Shown in pieces: positions 50,622 through 62,808 of a DNA stretch of 64,000 bases (position 1 is the first letter of the stretch; each line of letters starts with the position of its first letter). This stretch comes from Styela clava (Eukaryota): contig NC_135254.1 in the NCBI RefSeq assembly GCF_964204865.1, positions 1,488,001-1,552,000 on the forward strand, given 5' to 3'. The notes beneath the pieces were generated by a model. That model was not told where the DNA came from. It searched no databases and was given only the letters and a program-made list of their open reading frames with translations. The position numbers and the translations under genes are program-made.

Positions 50622-52099
50622 TTATTCTTTCATTTCTCCTTCTTCGTCGTCTTCTTCTACTCCCCGGATGTAAAGTACATTATTACAACGAATCAATATT
50701 TCTCCGAGATGTCCTGATAAAGCCCCGTCAACATATTCTTCTGTGTTTGCTAGTTGCATGTTCATGTACCTGAAATATTATAATTAAATAATATTAAGAA
50801 ACGAAATATTATGTTTGTCCCGGGGGAGAGGAAGGTCATAAGACACTCCGACCATGCTTTATTGGCAGTGACAAGTGGTTACATAAACAAACTTGGGATA
50901 TTTCAACATTTACGTCATCCAGAAATTACGCAAAAAGCCAACCCGAATTACGAATGATCGTCCAAAACGCGCAGCAATCCCAATATGAGAGAGATCGCTG
51001 TTGTTAGTGAATTCGTTTCGTCGTCGCAGATGCCATTTTGGGCAAACGTAGCTATACTTTGACAGGCTATATGACATGATTGTGACATAATTTTCGGATG
51101 ACGTAGTCAGGTGGGGGTTAGAAAAAATAACAAATGCTGAAATGGATATGTTGTGGACCCCTCAGCACGACGTGTCAACCCATGCAATATCCCTCACTCT
51201 CATTTATTTACATCGGAGTATTGGTGCCCTTCACAGACTTCACTTTTTAGTAAATACTGTTTTTTTGACAAAATGAAAAAGTTGAAAATATATGTAAAGA
51301 TATTACCGCAGGTTATAATGACTGGAATTGGCGACTTTAAATTAAAAAAACAACAATTCAAAACCCCGAAGTTACGGTATGGCAACTAACCCCCAAATGT
51401 ACCCCATTTCATGTTGAAATCATCAAAACGCGGCGCGGCGGTGTGGCTCAACAGGCTAAGCGCTAGGAATACGCTCGCCACCGCACCTCTAATTACTCTG
51501 CGTGGGTTCGCAGGTTCGAATCCCATGCAGGGATGGTTATGTACGAGAGGATTGCTGGACTCCTCGCCGTCGTTGGGTGGTTCACGTAACCGCTGGTCGG
51601 TTACGGCTTCCTCCACCACCAAGTCCATGCTTCCGAAAACAAACAATACAGTAAAATTAATCCCATACCCGACTTGGAATGGTAACCGGACGAGAGGCCG
51701 GGGTTCGTCATATGGATAAGCCGTCTTATCGTCTTTCCTCTCCCCCGGGATAAATATGTAAATCCTATCCTATCCTAAAACAAAGTTAAGTTTTCCCAAA
51801 ATCCGAACAAAGACTTTCATAGGAATCAAATTACACCAGTTTTAAGAACATAACATGTTCCATCCAGTCATTATCAAATTAAAATTTATATTCTCAAGAC
51901 CTTTGGCACCGGTACCGGTACGTAAGTAAACGGTTATCCAACAGGAATAGTTTAAAATCTGAAATAAGAAAATCAATTCTCACCCGTCAACAGACACGAG
52001 ATATCCTTTATATTCCATTCCCCATTTCAGTTTCACGATGACAGGTTTCCCAGTCAATGAATTCAAGAATGGTTTCGGGTTCATAGGAAGCGTAGTCAT
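50622..52099 (-). CDS. SNRPF: Small nuclear ribonucleoprotein F (SmF), 87 aa; exons complement(51984..52099, 50622..50769)
   Basis: [39 protein letters not shown]|[48 protein letters not shown]. Sm1 and Sm2 motifs present; GT-AG intron. Confidence 0.96.
51431..51776 (+). mobile_element. tRNA-derived SINE, full-length copy in the SNRPF intron
   Basis: Pol III A box TGGCTCAACAGG (~51444), B box GGTTCGAATCCC (~51513), (ATCCT)n tail, and multiple dispersed copies. Confidence 0.85.
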
Positions 52100-53054
52100 G
52101 ATGATTTTCGGTATTATTCTCCGATATGAAATAGAATTTTGAATAATAAGCGAGTTGACTGGCTGAAGCACAAGCGCGCAAACTAGGAAATATGAAAACA
52201 GTGGTGGTGAGAGTCAAATCTGATTATAAACTAGAATTTATTTTTGATTTTTGAAAAATGAAGTTTTCATATCATTACAGATTTCGTAATAGATAGTATG
52301 GCGTAAAAGTATTAGATACGTTTAGGGATGGAATTGAATTGTGGATAATAAACCAGTTATTCGACTTGTACAAGTTTATGCCTACATGAGAATAAATATT
52401 TCATAGAATAAAATTGAACGTTTTTGGTGGGAAACATGGCCACATAGGGGGGGGGGGGGAGGGTTGACTATGATGACCCTCTGGTCGTATCATTCCCTCC
52501 TGTCTATATCAAACTAATTCATTACTTATTGTTATTTTTATTATTACGATGACTGTTATTTTTGGTTGACGAAAAAATAAACCTCTCTCTCGCTCTCATA
52601 GCCAGAGGGCAAAGTTCATCAGCATCATAGTTTTGTTTATGACCTTTCACAGTTTCACATCGCGATTCATTTAGTTGGTTTCGTTGCATGGATTTGAAAA
52701 TTTTATTTGGGGTATCATATTAGAACAGCGTGTTCCGCGGAAGGGGGATTAAAATTACGCTAAATTCGTCGAAATGGCGATCGTGAAGTTGTCAGACCAA
52801 TTGCAGAACTGGTGACCGTTCAATATCGCGTCACCGTCGGCCTAAAGCGGACTGGTAGACCACCGGTAGTTCTGTAGTGGCATTTTCGTTAACCGTCAGC
52901 ATAGAAGAATGAAAAACCTCACTTACACCCTTTGTAACCAATTTATTTCCATATCCTACTTTACTTAATTATAGTAATTTTACTGTTACCGGTAACTTTA
53001 ATTACTTATTACAATCTGGACTATAAGTTGGCAATAATAGGCTCTAATTTGGGG

Positions 53055-53590
53055 AATGAAATGGTCTCGTCCACCTCTTCATGCACCCAAGTCTGGCAAC
53101 TTTGGTTGGGCAACTTGGCATTTGACTCCAACTATAATCAGCTTGGCAATATGTTTTCAATAGAATCTTCCTTTTATATTTTATTTAACGATTAGAAGAT
53201 CGATCAATTTGTCAATGGCAACCATTACAAAAATATCAATATGGTGTGGCAAATAATTTTTTTTATTTTCTAGTATTTATTTTTTGTTTACTGTATAGTA
53301 TACCCTAAATTTATCGTGTTTTATTCTTATTTAAATAACTTCTCAGTAGTTGTGTGTGTGTGTGGCTGGCGGGTGCATGTGAGCGTGTGTGAAATAACTT
53401 AATAATTTTAGGTGAGTAAACACGTACCACTTCCTCTTGGCAAAACCTTCCATCTTATTTTTTGTACGTTATAAACCTTATCTAAGGTTTCGTTTGCTCC
53501 CCTGATTTCATAATCAGTTTTTATTTATTTGTTTTTATCTGTCAAATGTATTGTTATGCTGATTATGGAGTCGAAATAAACTTATAAACG
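53055..53590 (+). mobile_element. 3' end fragment of a LINE-like retroelement (second copy ~14472..15005, minus strand)
   Basis: Two diverged copies end in GCTGATTATGGAGTCGAAATAAA plus a short tandem tail (ACTTAT)n. Confidence 0.55.
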
Positions 53591-54150
53591 TAAAATGAAT
53601 TTATTGATTCCTATACACGACATTGAAAATAAGAAACAATATAATAAATGGTATGTGTGGAATATTCAATCATATTTTAGTTCTGTTAGTTTTCGCAGCA
53701 CATTAGGCAAATCGCCACGCTTTTGGGAATTGCTGCACAACACCATATTTCTTTATCAATCTTACCCTTTTATTTTATGATATTTCGTGAGCCGAGATAA
53801 AAATTGTGAGTGTTCTGTGGCCAAAAAAGTTTGGGAAACACTGGATTAGAACATCAGAAAAAATGGGATTCAGTAAATACTGTCAGAATATAACCATTTG
53901 AGGTGATCGATACTGTTAAGTTGCCAGAAATTGTGAATCTTGAATGGCGAACAAAATGTTTTTGGCGGTTTCTCACAGTTTTGCACATTTTCCAAGGTTT
54001 CGTTGTGGTTTTTGCACGTTTTTTGTGCTAAGCAAGTGGTTTGGAATAACCATAATTTTGCAGTAGTTTTTATTTTATCTTATTTATCAATGTGCATGGA
54101 ACGCATTCATTTTTATCCTTTTTCAGCAAAACTTTAGCACAAACTGAATA

Positions 54151-55161
54151 ATGTCATTGTTATCAAGATTTTGTTGGCGGAAGATACTGCCTAAAACGTT
54201 GGGAATATTCAACATGAATGCGAATGGCTGTGGAATTTCTGCATTCCACTGTCAGAATTTCAGTACCATGGATAGAAAAAACCTAATCAAAAAAGAGATT
54301 ATTTTTCAAGGACGATTTTGTATTACAAAAAATGATTTCAATATTGTCTTGGGAACCCACGGGATAAATTCACATTTTACAAAAATAGGATCTTTACATT
54401 ATAGCACAGACAGTAAAGAAAATTCGAATCCTAAAGTCAAAAAACCCGATTATGAGATCACCAAGAAAAAGGAAATTAATGATCCAAAACAGGAAACTAA
54501 TTCTAGTGAACCGGAACCTGTTTCCATGACAAAGAGAATTCAAATTGTTGTGGGAATAGTAGCCATTTGGGGGGTGATATATTTTATTATAAAATATCTC
54601 AAAAGTAAAGAAGAAATTACAAAACGTGAAGAACAAGTTAGTCAAATTGATATCGGAGCAAAAGATTACGAACTGATTGACCACTTGGGGCAGAAGAGAA
54701 CAAAAGCAGATTTTATGGGCCAGTGGTTATTATTGTATTTCGGTTTTACGCATTGTCCAGATATTTGTCCCGAGGAGTTGGAAAAAATGGCAGAAATTAT
54801 CGACCTAGTCGACAAGGATAAAAGTGTTCCGGATATTTTACCGATCTTTATATCTGTTGATCCGGAACGAGACACACCAGAAGTCGTAAAAAACTACATC
54901 GCGGAGTTTCATAAAAAATTTGTTGGGTTAACAGGCACGAAAGAGCAAGTGAAACAAGCTGCAAAAACGTTTCGAGTTTATTTTAGCGCCGGACCGCGCG
55001 ATGAAGACAATGATTACATTGTTGATCACACAATCGTTATGTACTTAATGAATCCAGCTGGGAATTTTGTTGATTACTACGGATCTCGAGGAGTAGCGAC
55101 GCCTGACATTGTGTCTGGTATAAAAAAGAATATGAAAAATTATAAACGACTGCATGGGTGA
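54151..55161 (+). CDS. SCO1: Mitochondrial copper chaperone SCO1/SCO2 family, 336 aa, intronless CDS
   Basis: Basic N-terminal targeting-like region, one TM helix (IQIVVGIVAIWGVIYFII), and a thioredoxin fold with LYFGFTHCPDICPEEL (CxxxC), FISVDPERD and YIVDHT (Cu-binding His). Confidence 0.94.
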   Translation: MSLLSRFCWRKILPKTLGIFNMNANGCGISAFHCQNFSTMDRKNLIKKEIIFQGRFCITKNDFNIVLGTHGINSHFTKIGSLHYSTDSKENSNPKVKKPDYEITKKKEINDPKQETNSSEPEPVSMTKRIQIVVGIVAIWGVIYFIIKYLKSKEEITKREEQVSQIDIGAKDYELIDHLGQKRTKADFMGQWLLLYFGFTHCPDICPEELEKMAEIIDLVDKDKSVPDILPIFISVDPERDTPEVVKNYIAEFHKKFVGLTGTKEQVKQAAKTFRVYFSAGPRDEDNDYIVDHTIVMYLMNPAGNFVDYYGSRGVATPDIVSGIKKNMKNYKRLHG

Positions 55162-55441
55162 TGGTTCTGCATGGTTGCTTGTTTTCTGGGTTTTAGACAC
55201 TATTTGTACTATTTATTTTCTGGAATTATTCAAGCGTGACTGGTCAGAATAAATTCTGGTGGTTCCACATGACTGCTTGTTTTTGGAGATTTTTGCACTG
55301 CAATAATCCCGGGCAAGTAGCCTTCCATTATAGTCAGCTACTTTCCAATTAATATTTGTCCTTGTAAAATATGAACTCGTTTTATATTTGTAGAAGAAGT
55401 TAATTTCAACCCTTATTGAACAACTAAATCCATTGGGCCTG

Positions 55442-55894
55442 GGGTCCAGTATAGTTTAGTACCACAAGTACTTCCAGTGGGCGTAGCATAACGATTTTTG
55501 CATATGTTATTCCTAACCCTCACCTGACTATGCCATCCAAAAATTACGTCACTACGACGTCACCATCACGTCATAGTGATTGCCAAAGTATAATTACGAT
55601 CGCCCGAAATGGCATCTGCGCCGCCGATAAGAACTTGCTAAAGCCGGCGATCTCTCTCCTATAGTGATCGTTGCGACGAGAAAACGAGAGAAATAGCTTG
55701 CTCGATTTCGGGTTATCGTCTGCGCGTTTTGGACGACCATCTGCATACTTCAGTGAGCCTTATTACGGAACTGTGACGTCGGAATGACGTAATTTTTCGG
55801 TGACGTAGTCAGGTGGGGGTTAGGATTGACATATGCAAAAATTGTTGAGCCAGGCCAACTAGAAGTGGATGTGGTACCAAACTATACCAGACCC
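55442..55894. mobile_element. Long-TIR MITE with GGGTC termini (related copies ~7915..8731 interrupted, ~50905..51122 partial)
   Basis: ~120-bp imperfect TIRs containing CCTAACCC and TACGTCA motifs; perfect 8-bp TSD TGGGCCTG. Confidence 0.8.
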
Positions 55895-57380
55895 TGGGCC
55901 TGTAGCCCTTTAGTATGGAGTCATATGCACTAATGCAGGGGTGTGCAACAGGCGGGCCACAATCCAGCCCACCAAGCCATTTAGTTTGGCCCTAGTCAAC
56001 ACTCAAGATTTTCCCCACCAAGCATAAAATCTGAATCCGGCAGTTGATGTTTAAAAATGCGCTCACATGAGTGAAAATACATAACGATTTTTGCGCTTGT
56101 CGCTTAGTTAGATCTTTTGCCTTCTTGCATTCATTACTGGAATTCTCTATTCCCATGTGGCTCTGATTGTACCTAAATTTTTAATTTGCTGTGTAAATGG
56201 AAAAACTAATTTATCGTGCGGCCCAGGTGGATGTATGACGTTAATTATAAGGTCGACTGACAAAAAATGCTGCACACCCTTGCGCTAATACATGTCGCAC
56301 GACAATGGCCGGGTTCAAATAAATCTTTTGCATCACAAGCCATTTAGTATGGCCAACTACATTTCAATGAATATTTGTTTCTGTTCATTTGTAGGCATAG
56401 CTTTACCGGAGTAGAATTTACTTTATATTTTAAATTGAAGGATTGATTCTTTTGTGCATTGTAGCCTTTTAATATGCCGAACACATTTCAATGTGCCTGT
56501 GGGCATTAGTGAATTTACTTCATAGTTTTAGTAGTGTAGGTAATCTTAACTTTAATTTTATCTAATTTTTTTTATCAAAATAAATTATTGTAATAATATA
56601 CGGTAACATTTGTTGATGATTGAAGTGACAGTCTTAGGTTCAATCAACCCCTTTCCTACCTCATCCAAGCAGTGGTGTTGGGGGGGGGGGGGGGTAGCAG
56701 CTGCCACAGCCAGCATGTTGTAAGAATAAATTTGTTGCTTGAAGTAATAATGTCATAAACATTTTACCTGACTTATTTATTTATTCATAACATATATTTA
56801 ATTTGTTCACCCCCCTCCCCCCCCCAGGAATTATTCCCGAAGCCTTGGGGGTGGGATAGGGAAAGAGGAGATATTGGCAGCCACCTGGGGCAACTTGTTA
56901 TAGAATAGTTCGCTGCTTTGTTTATTGATTTAAATGGCAATGATCCAAACATTTTACTCTCACTTTACCTTTTCACTTATTCAATCCTGTGTATAACAAC
57001 GTCTATGATTTGTTTACCCCCGAATTACTTTTGTTAGAACTTAGATATGTGGGACATCATTATCAGAAACTCGCCTCGGAGCAGCATAAAAGTTTGACAC
57101 GCCCCTGCACCGAGGGAATGAGAGATTATTAAAAATGTCCGTCATTCCAAAACTACATATCAGTCCTGCCCTCTTGTCTTGAGCCTTTTTGAGAGCTGAC
57201 AAAAATTGTCGCACATCCGGGTAATATTTTTCGTTTTCATCCGGTCAGAGACATTCCTACAAGGCGGAATAACCGCATGCAAAAACAGGGGCCTCTTGCC
57301 AGTAATCGGTAGTTTATTTTCTCGCAATACTAAACGCACACTTGATGTACAAATTGCAATAAATAATTAAAAAAAAATTT

Positions 57381-57750
57381 CAGGGTGAGGGAAGCCGCGA
57401 GAAACTAAATTTGTTTATCGAGCAGCGGCACCCATAAGCAAGTCTAACAAGAAGTCGAACCGCATATGTCATTTTGAAAAAAAATACGTCAAGGCATGCC
57501 GACCTGGTACTCCCAATAAAATGCCAGTGCATATCCAATTTGTGAATATTGACGATACCAGTTTATTGTTCCATGTACACGGAATTTCGTTGAGGGGCAT
57601 ATAATTGAAAAGTTGTGTCTTCATAAAAATCATTTTTGAATATTCTCACTGTCAGTAGTTTTAAAACTCTAGAATTCTAACTTTTAGATTAGAACATCGG
57701 GTGTCGCTGCTCGATAACCAGCTTTGGTTCCCGCGACTTCCCTTCCCCAG
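57381..57750. mobile_element. Probable MITE with ~45-bp imperfect inverted repeats
   Basis: GGGAAGCCGCGAGAAAC...TTATCGAGCAGCGGCACCC pairs with GGGTGTCGCTGCTCGATAA...GTTCCCGCGACTTCCC. No TSD recognised. Confidence 0.5.
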
Positions 57751-59731
57751 TAAAATATGTAAAATATATTTACATATTTATCCCGGGGAGAGGAAAGCCG
57801 ATAAGACGGCTTAACCATAAGGCGAATCACGGCCTCTTGACCGGTTACCATTCCATGTCGGGTATAGGATTACTTAGTTATTTTTTGTTTTCGGAAGCAT
57901 GGGCTTGATGATGGAGGAAGACGTAATTATCATTTTCTCGTAATTTGTGCTTGTGACATTTTTTTACTGATTGGAAAAAATAAACTTGACTTGTCTTGAC
58001 TCGCACATACGGACGCATGAAAAATCTCTGACGTAATACCGGTGATTTCACAGAATCAGTCTTGGCGTCATGGTGAATCTTTTACCGTGAAATGTATTAT
58101 TTCATCATAAATGGATTTTAAAAGTTGCGTATTTTATAATTAGCGACCATAGAAAGGGAAGCAAGCTCAGCGTGCGAGTGTATTTGGTAATCAATTGATT
58201 TTAAAGACAAATTAAAAAACTCTGGGATTTTTTTGTAAAAAGACCCCCACCAACGCTCATGATAAGAAAATTGGTGAATATCCAGTTGGGGTAGGAATGC
58301 AGATTGCGCGAGAAAATCAAATTTTCATATCTTTCCTATTCGCAACTAGATAATTACTTACTTTCCTTTTTAAAACGTGGAAAAGGGTGTTTTTTCTCAA
58401 ATCTCAAATTTTTGCGTTAGTGGCTTTGTACAACAGATCCAAACTACGACGATGTGGTGCAAAATTTTAATCCCGACTTCAGCTGAAAATAGACAATACG
58501 TTCATTTCGTCGAGCAAGAAATCGCAACAAAACTTCACAACAGATAAAAATTATGATTACAGTAACGGATTTCATTGCAATTGACAGGAAGTCGCGAAGG
58601 ACCAGAAATGGTAATCATAAGTCAGTCATAATCAATAGAAACACGCTTCCAAATGAGTTTTCACAGATTCAAGCATAACAAACATAATCTCGAGAATTTG
58701 TCAACCAACGTACGTATGTGCCAGTCGCCTAACTTGTAGAAAATCACACGAAAAACGCCAAATCATATTATTAGACACGAAAAGAACCAATATATCATTT
58801 TGCTTAATGAGTCAGTGATAGTTTTGGTAATTTTTGTAAAAGGCTGCGACTGGCTAGATAATCTAACGGGCGCTGTGATGCAGCCTCGACGCGAAGCTTG
58901 TCAATTATGAAATATAGTGTATAAACTATACACTAAATTTTTTTTTTACTTTTTACAGTGAGTTGATGATATAGCTGAGAGGTCGTGTTGTCGGCCAAAT
59001 GTAGGGACGTAGACGTTATTTAACTTTTTTGGTCTTCAATCAAGTTTAATATATTTTAACCCACATGGAAATTATATATTCGTATTCTACTTCTGAGAGC
59101 GTAAACGAGACTTTAAATTCTCATTTTTCGAAAAATTTTCATTTTATTATTATTTTTTAACAATGAAAACATCACATTTTATAGACACAATACTTAATAC
59201 TGTAATACAATATAATCCCACCGTATCCTTCTAGAAGCGATAACTTTTTCACAGTTGATGACATAAAAATTGGGGCCTTTATTTACGAAATTTACATGTG
59301 TAAATTAAATATTTCGATCATAATAATACAGAGTTAGTACATTGGTTTTGTCCTAACCTAATTAAAATTTCACTATGTGCCAAGTTAAGATTTACCCCAT
59401 ATTCAACAGTTGAGTATGTATTGCCTATTTTGCAAAAATGTTTCACAAATTCACAGAAATAAAATAATGTAACATGGTTTCGATACACATCTCACAAAAT
59501 GTACATTTCATACTTTGTAAATTCAAGGCAAATTTAACACAAAAAAAAAATGCCGTGTTCCAATTGAATAAATAAAAATTTTCCTAAACAGTTTCCTCCA
59601 ATTTTTCAAGTTCCCGCACAATTCTGTTGAGCTATTTTTTTTGCTGAGAACCAAAATTCACGAAACCACGTTTTAGAGTTATAACAACCTTTCACCCCCG
59701 ATTAATCTCGAATTCACGTTACCAGCCTCGG

Positions 59732-59744
59732 CCTTTCTTTTTCT
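59732..59744 (+). promoter_or_regulatory. 5' terminal oligopyrimidine (TOP/TCT-type) start of RPS23
   Basis: CCTTTCTTTTTCT lies 13 nt upstream of the ATG, as is typical of ribosomal protein gene starts. Confidence 0.65.
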
Positions 59745-59757
59745 GCTCGCCGTCAAG

Positions 59758-62700
59758 ATGGGTAAGCCTCGTGGACTTCGTTGTGCTCGAAAACTTCGAA
59801 ATAGGCGTCGTGAACAAAGATGGCATGATTTGCAATACAAGAAATCTCATTTGGGAACTGCGTTGAAAGCCAATCCATTTGGAGGAGCGTCTCACGCAAA
59901 GGGAATCGTCTTGGAAAAAATGTGAGTGGACATCGCAGATCTGATTATTTTTCGATCATTAGACATGCCTTAAACTTTCTTATCTATTGCTGATATAAGT
60001 CTGTTCACGTGGAATGCTATCTGGTATGAGAAATAATAACCTGCTTGGTGGAAAATTTAGTGGGTTTGATAGATTTTACTTTACACTTTCTGTCAAAAAT
60101 TTCATTCCATGCGAGAACAGACCAGAATGAAAAAATGAACAGAAAAAATGACAATAGTTTGACGCCCATATCAGGGTTTAATTCTCAAAGATCCCATTTT
60201 ATGTAATGAGCTTATTTCTCCAAAGCCAAAAGACACGCACAAGTTCTTTGATAAAGAAAATCCATTAAAAACATTAGTTTAACAATGATCGCTGAATTGT
60301 TTGTGCGTTTTTTTTTTTTTTTTCTGAGTGACCAAACTAAAATTGATTGATTGTTCGGCCATTTTTTATTACTCACGTCTCTCTTCCACAGAATAGTTTT
60401 GGTAATTTCCAGCGTCTAAAATGATATTGCTCCTAAAATATAATTATGGTTTAGTTCTACTTTCAATATTTGAGTCTTAAGTATCTCTTCGTTTTCTGAC
60501 AGTCTGGGATTCGAACTGATCTCATAATGTTCAAAATTTTATAAAGGGGGTTTTGGACCTGGGACTCCCTTGGCTTTGCCACTCCTTTCAACCATCAGAC
60601 GTTTGACTCTTTTTGTGGCTGTCGGAGACTCGCAGAAATTGATTTTATGGTTCTGTCAGTTTTGTGAGACTGTGTACAAAATTTTTTAGTGTTAAAGTCC
60701 TTTCCATATAATCTTTTTGGTACCTTCGTAGTGTGTGTACCAGGTTAGGAATATACCCCCTGTCCATAGGTTTCAGTCCCTTTATACACAACTTGATATA
60801 AAGTAGGCGAACAAATAAGTTACCTCCATATTGGTACACACCTTCTCTTTAACTCAGTACTGTGAGAATTTCATTTTTTGTCATTTTCAGTGTAGTTGAC
60901 TGCGCAGGTTTATGTTGTTATTCTGACTGTATTGTAATAGAGGTGTTTGCATTCACCATCATAATTGATATCGAAATCGGATAACTGTGACGTAATTCAT
61001 CGTTTCGATTTCCAAATAAATGTCCAGATACTTAAACAATTACATTCTTTTTTCTCCATCTGCAGTGGGGTTGAAGCCAAACAGCCGAATTCTGCCATCA
61101 GAAAATGTGTTCGTGTCCAACTGATCAAAAACGGAAAGAAAATCACTGCTTTCGTTCCTAACGATGGTTGCTTGAACTACATTGAGGTAAGATGTCAAAG
61201 TTTTGTCAACTTGAAAAACATGTTTTTACTACCTATAAAATCAAATTTCAAACAAACCATATGTTCCCTATCTTTTATGATACATTTGCATATACTACGC
61301 CAAATACAGAGTAAATTCCCTCTCCATGGGGTGTTTTTTGGTGTTACCACTATCATGAAAAATCAAATTCTTGAATTAATATTTGAAATTTTAGATATAC
61401 AAATTCAATCCGACATTTTAAAATTATTATCAGAAATTGATTATTTTTTTTATAAAATGGTATATGTAAAATTTAGTTTGATTATTAGAAGTTGGAGCCA
61501 CTAAAATCTTAAAGTTTTAAACATACAAATTCAACTTGAAAATTATAAATTAATATTACAAATCAAATTTCGGTTTTAACCCCCGTGGCAGCGTTACTTG
61601 TTAAAGTCATTTAAATTCGAAACACTATTTTTGTGGCTTTTTACACTATATTCTTAGTCATTGCTTATTTAAAATCTTTGATTCAATCTCCATGCCCAAT
61701 ACCTTATACAGGGCAAGTAACAAACCAGCGCTCTTCAAACAGGGCGTTGATCCTGTATCTGCTCAAGGCAGAGCGGGGCCCCAGTTAAATCTTTTTCGGC
61801 ACTACATTGTTTTGAAACAAAATATTATAGAAATTTAAAAGATTTGGAACCAGTACTGAGACCCACTATTACCGAAATAGAGCCAAGTTTCGATCTTTGT
61901 GCGAGAATATGCATGCACATCGGTCTCATTAAAGTTCCTTATAGAGTCGCAAAAAATGTAGCTGTGGGTGAAAAAAGTTTGAAAAACACTGTAATAGACA
62001 ATGTTGGGTATAAGCTTCCAAACTTCCAAGTTACGGGTCAAGTCCTTTCACGTTGAATGAGAAAATCAGGATAATCACTGAGGTTATGTCTTGGAATGGT
62101 CTTTTACGGCTTCCTCAACCGTCCATGCTTCTCTACAAATAAGTGGTTACTAATTCCCATCTTTGACATGGTAACCTGATGAAAGCCATTGTTCACCATA
62201 TGAATCATTTTACCAATTATCTCCCCTTTATATAAAATACCTAACATGGTCATGCCCCGCCCTGAAATGTTCCACGTAACTGCTGGATAGTTACGGCTCT
62301 ATCTGCTATCAAGTTTTGCATCTGGGAATAAATATCCGGTTAGCTGTTGTGATGAAATTGAATTAGCACCACCTATTGTGGCCATCGTTGCACCATCGTC
62401 GAGCGATATGAAGATGTTAATAGTCGCGTGGCAAGGCGACGGATTTCTTTGGTTTGATTGCCAAATCTTGTAAATTGTTCTTTTTCTTGCTGTAGTTCAT
62501 ATAAGCCTAGAAAACGGTCTGAACGAGTTTTCCTTGAATTGTTTTCACTTCAGCTATTCTCATGGACTATTAACAATAGGCTTTGGTTTGGTAGATCAAA
62601 GTGCCGTTCTTTTCTCTTCTACACAGGATTAACGACCCTAACCTATTTCCTCCTTTAACAGGAAAACGACGAAGTTTTGGTTGCTGGATTTGGACGTAGC

Positions 62701-62808
62701 GGTCACGCTGTCGGAGATATTCCCGGAGTTCGTTTCAAGGTTGTGAAGGTCGCCAATGTGTCCTTGAAAGCACTTTTCACCGGTAAAAAAGAACGTCCAA
62801 GGTCATAA
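59758..62808 (+). CDS. RPS23: 40S ribosomal protein S23 (uS12), 143 aa; exons 59758..59921, 61066..61186, 62662..62808
   Basis: [13 protein letters not shown]...[19 protein letters not shown]|[40 protein letters not shown]|[35 protein letters not shown]...KKERPRS*. AATAAA follows at ~62834. Confidence 0.97.
59978..60122 (+). ncRNA. Candidate box H/ACA snoRNA in RPS23 intron 1
   Basis: Hairpin-hinge-hairpin-tail layout of ~145 nt: H box AAATAA at 60031-60036, 3' hairpin CTTGGTGGAA/TTCCATGCGAG with upper stem TTTGATAGA/TCTGTCAAA, ACA at 60117-60119. Folded by eye only. Confidence 0.35.

Noticed and set aside
51431-51530. tRNA gene
   Set aside because: A and B boxes are present but no proper cloverleaf; the sequence continues into a dispersed 340-bp body with a repeat tail, so it is a SINE head.
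60965-61504. 179-aa ORF
   Set aside because: Only the central 40 codons are RPS23 exon 2; the rest is intron read-through.
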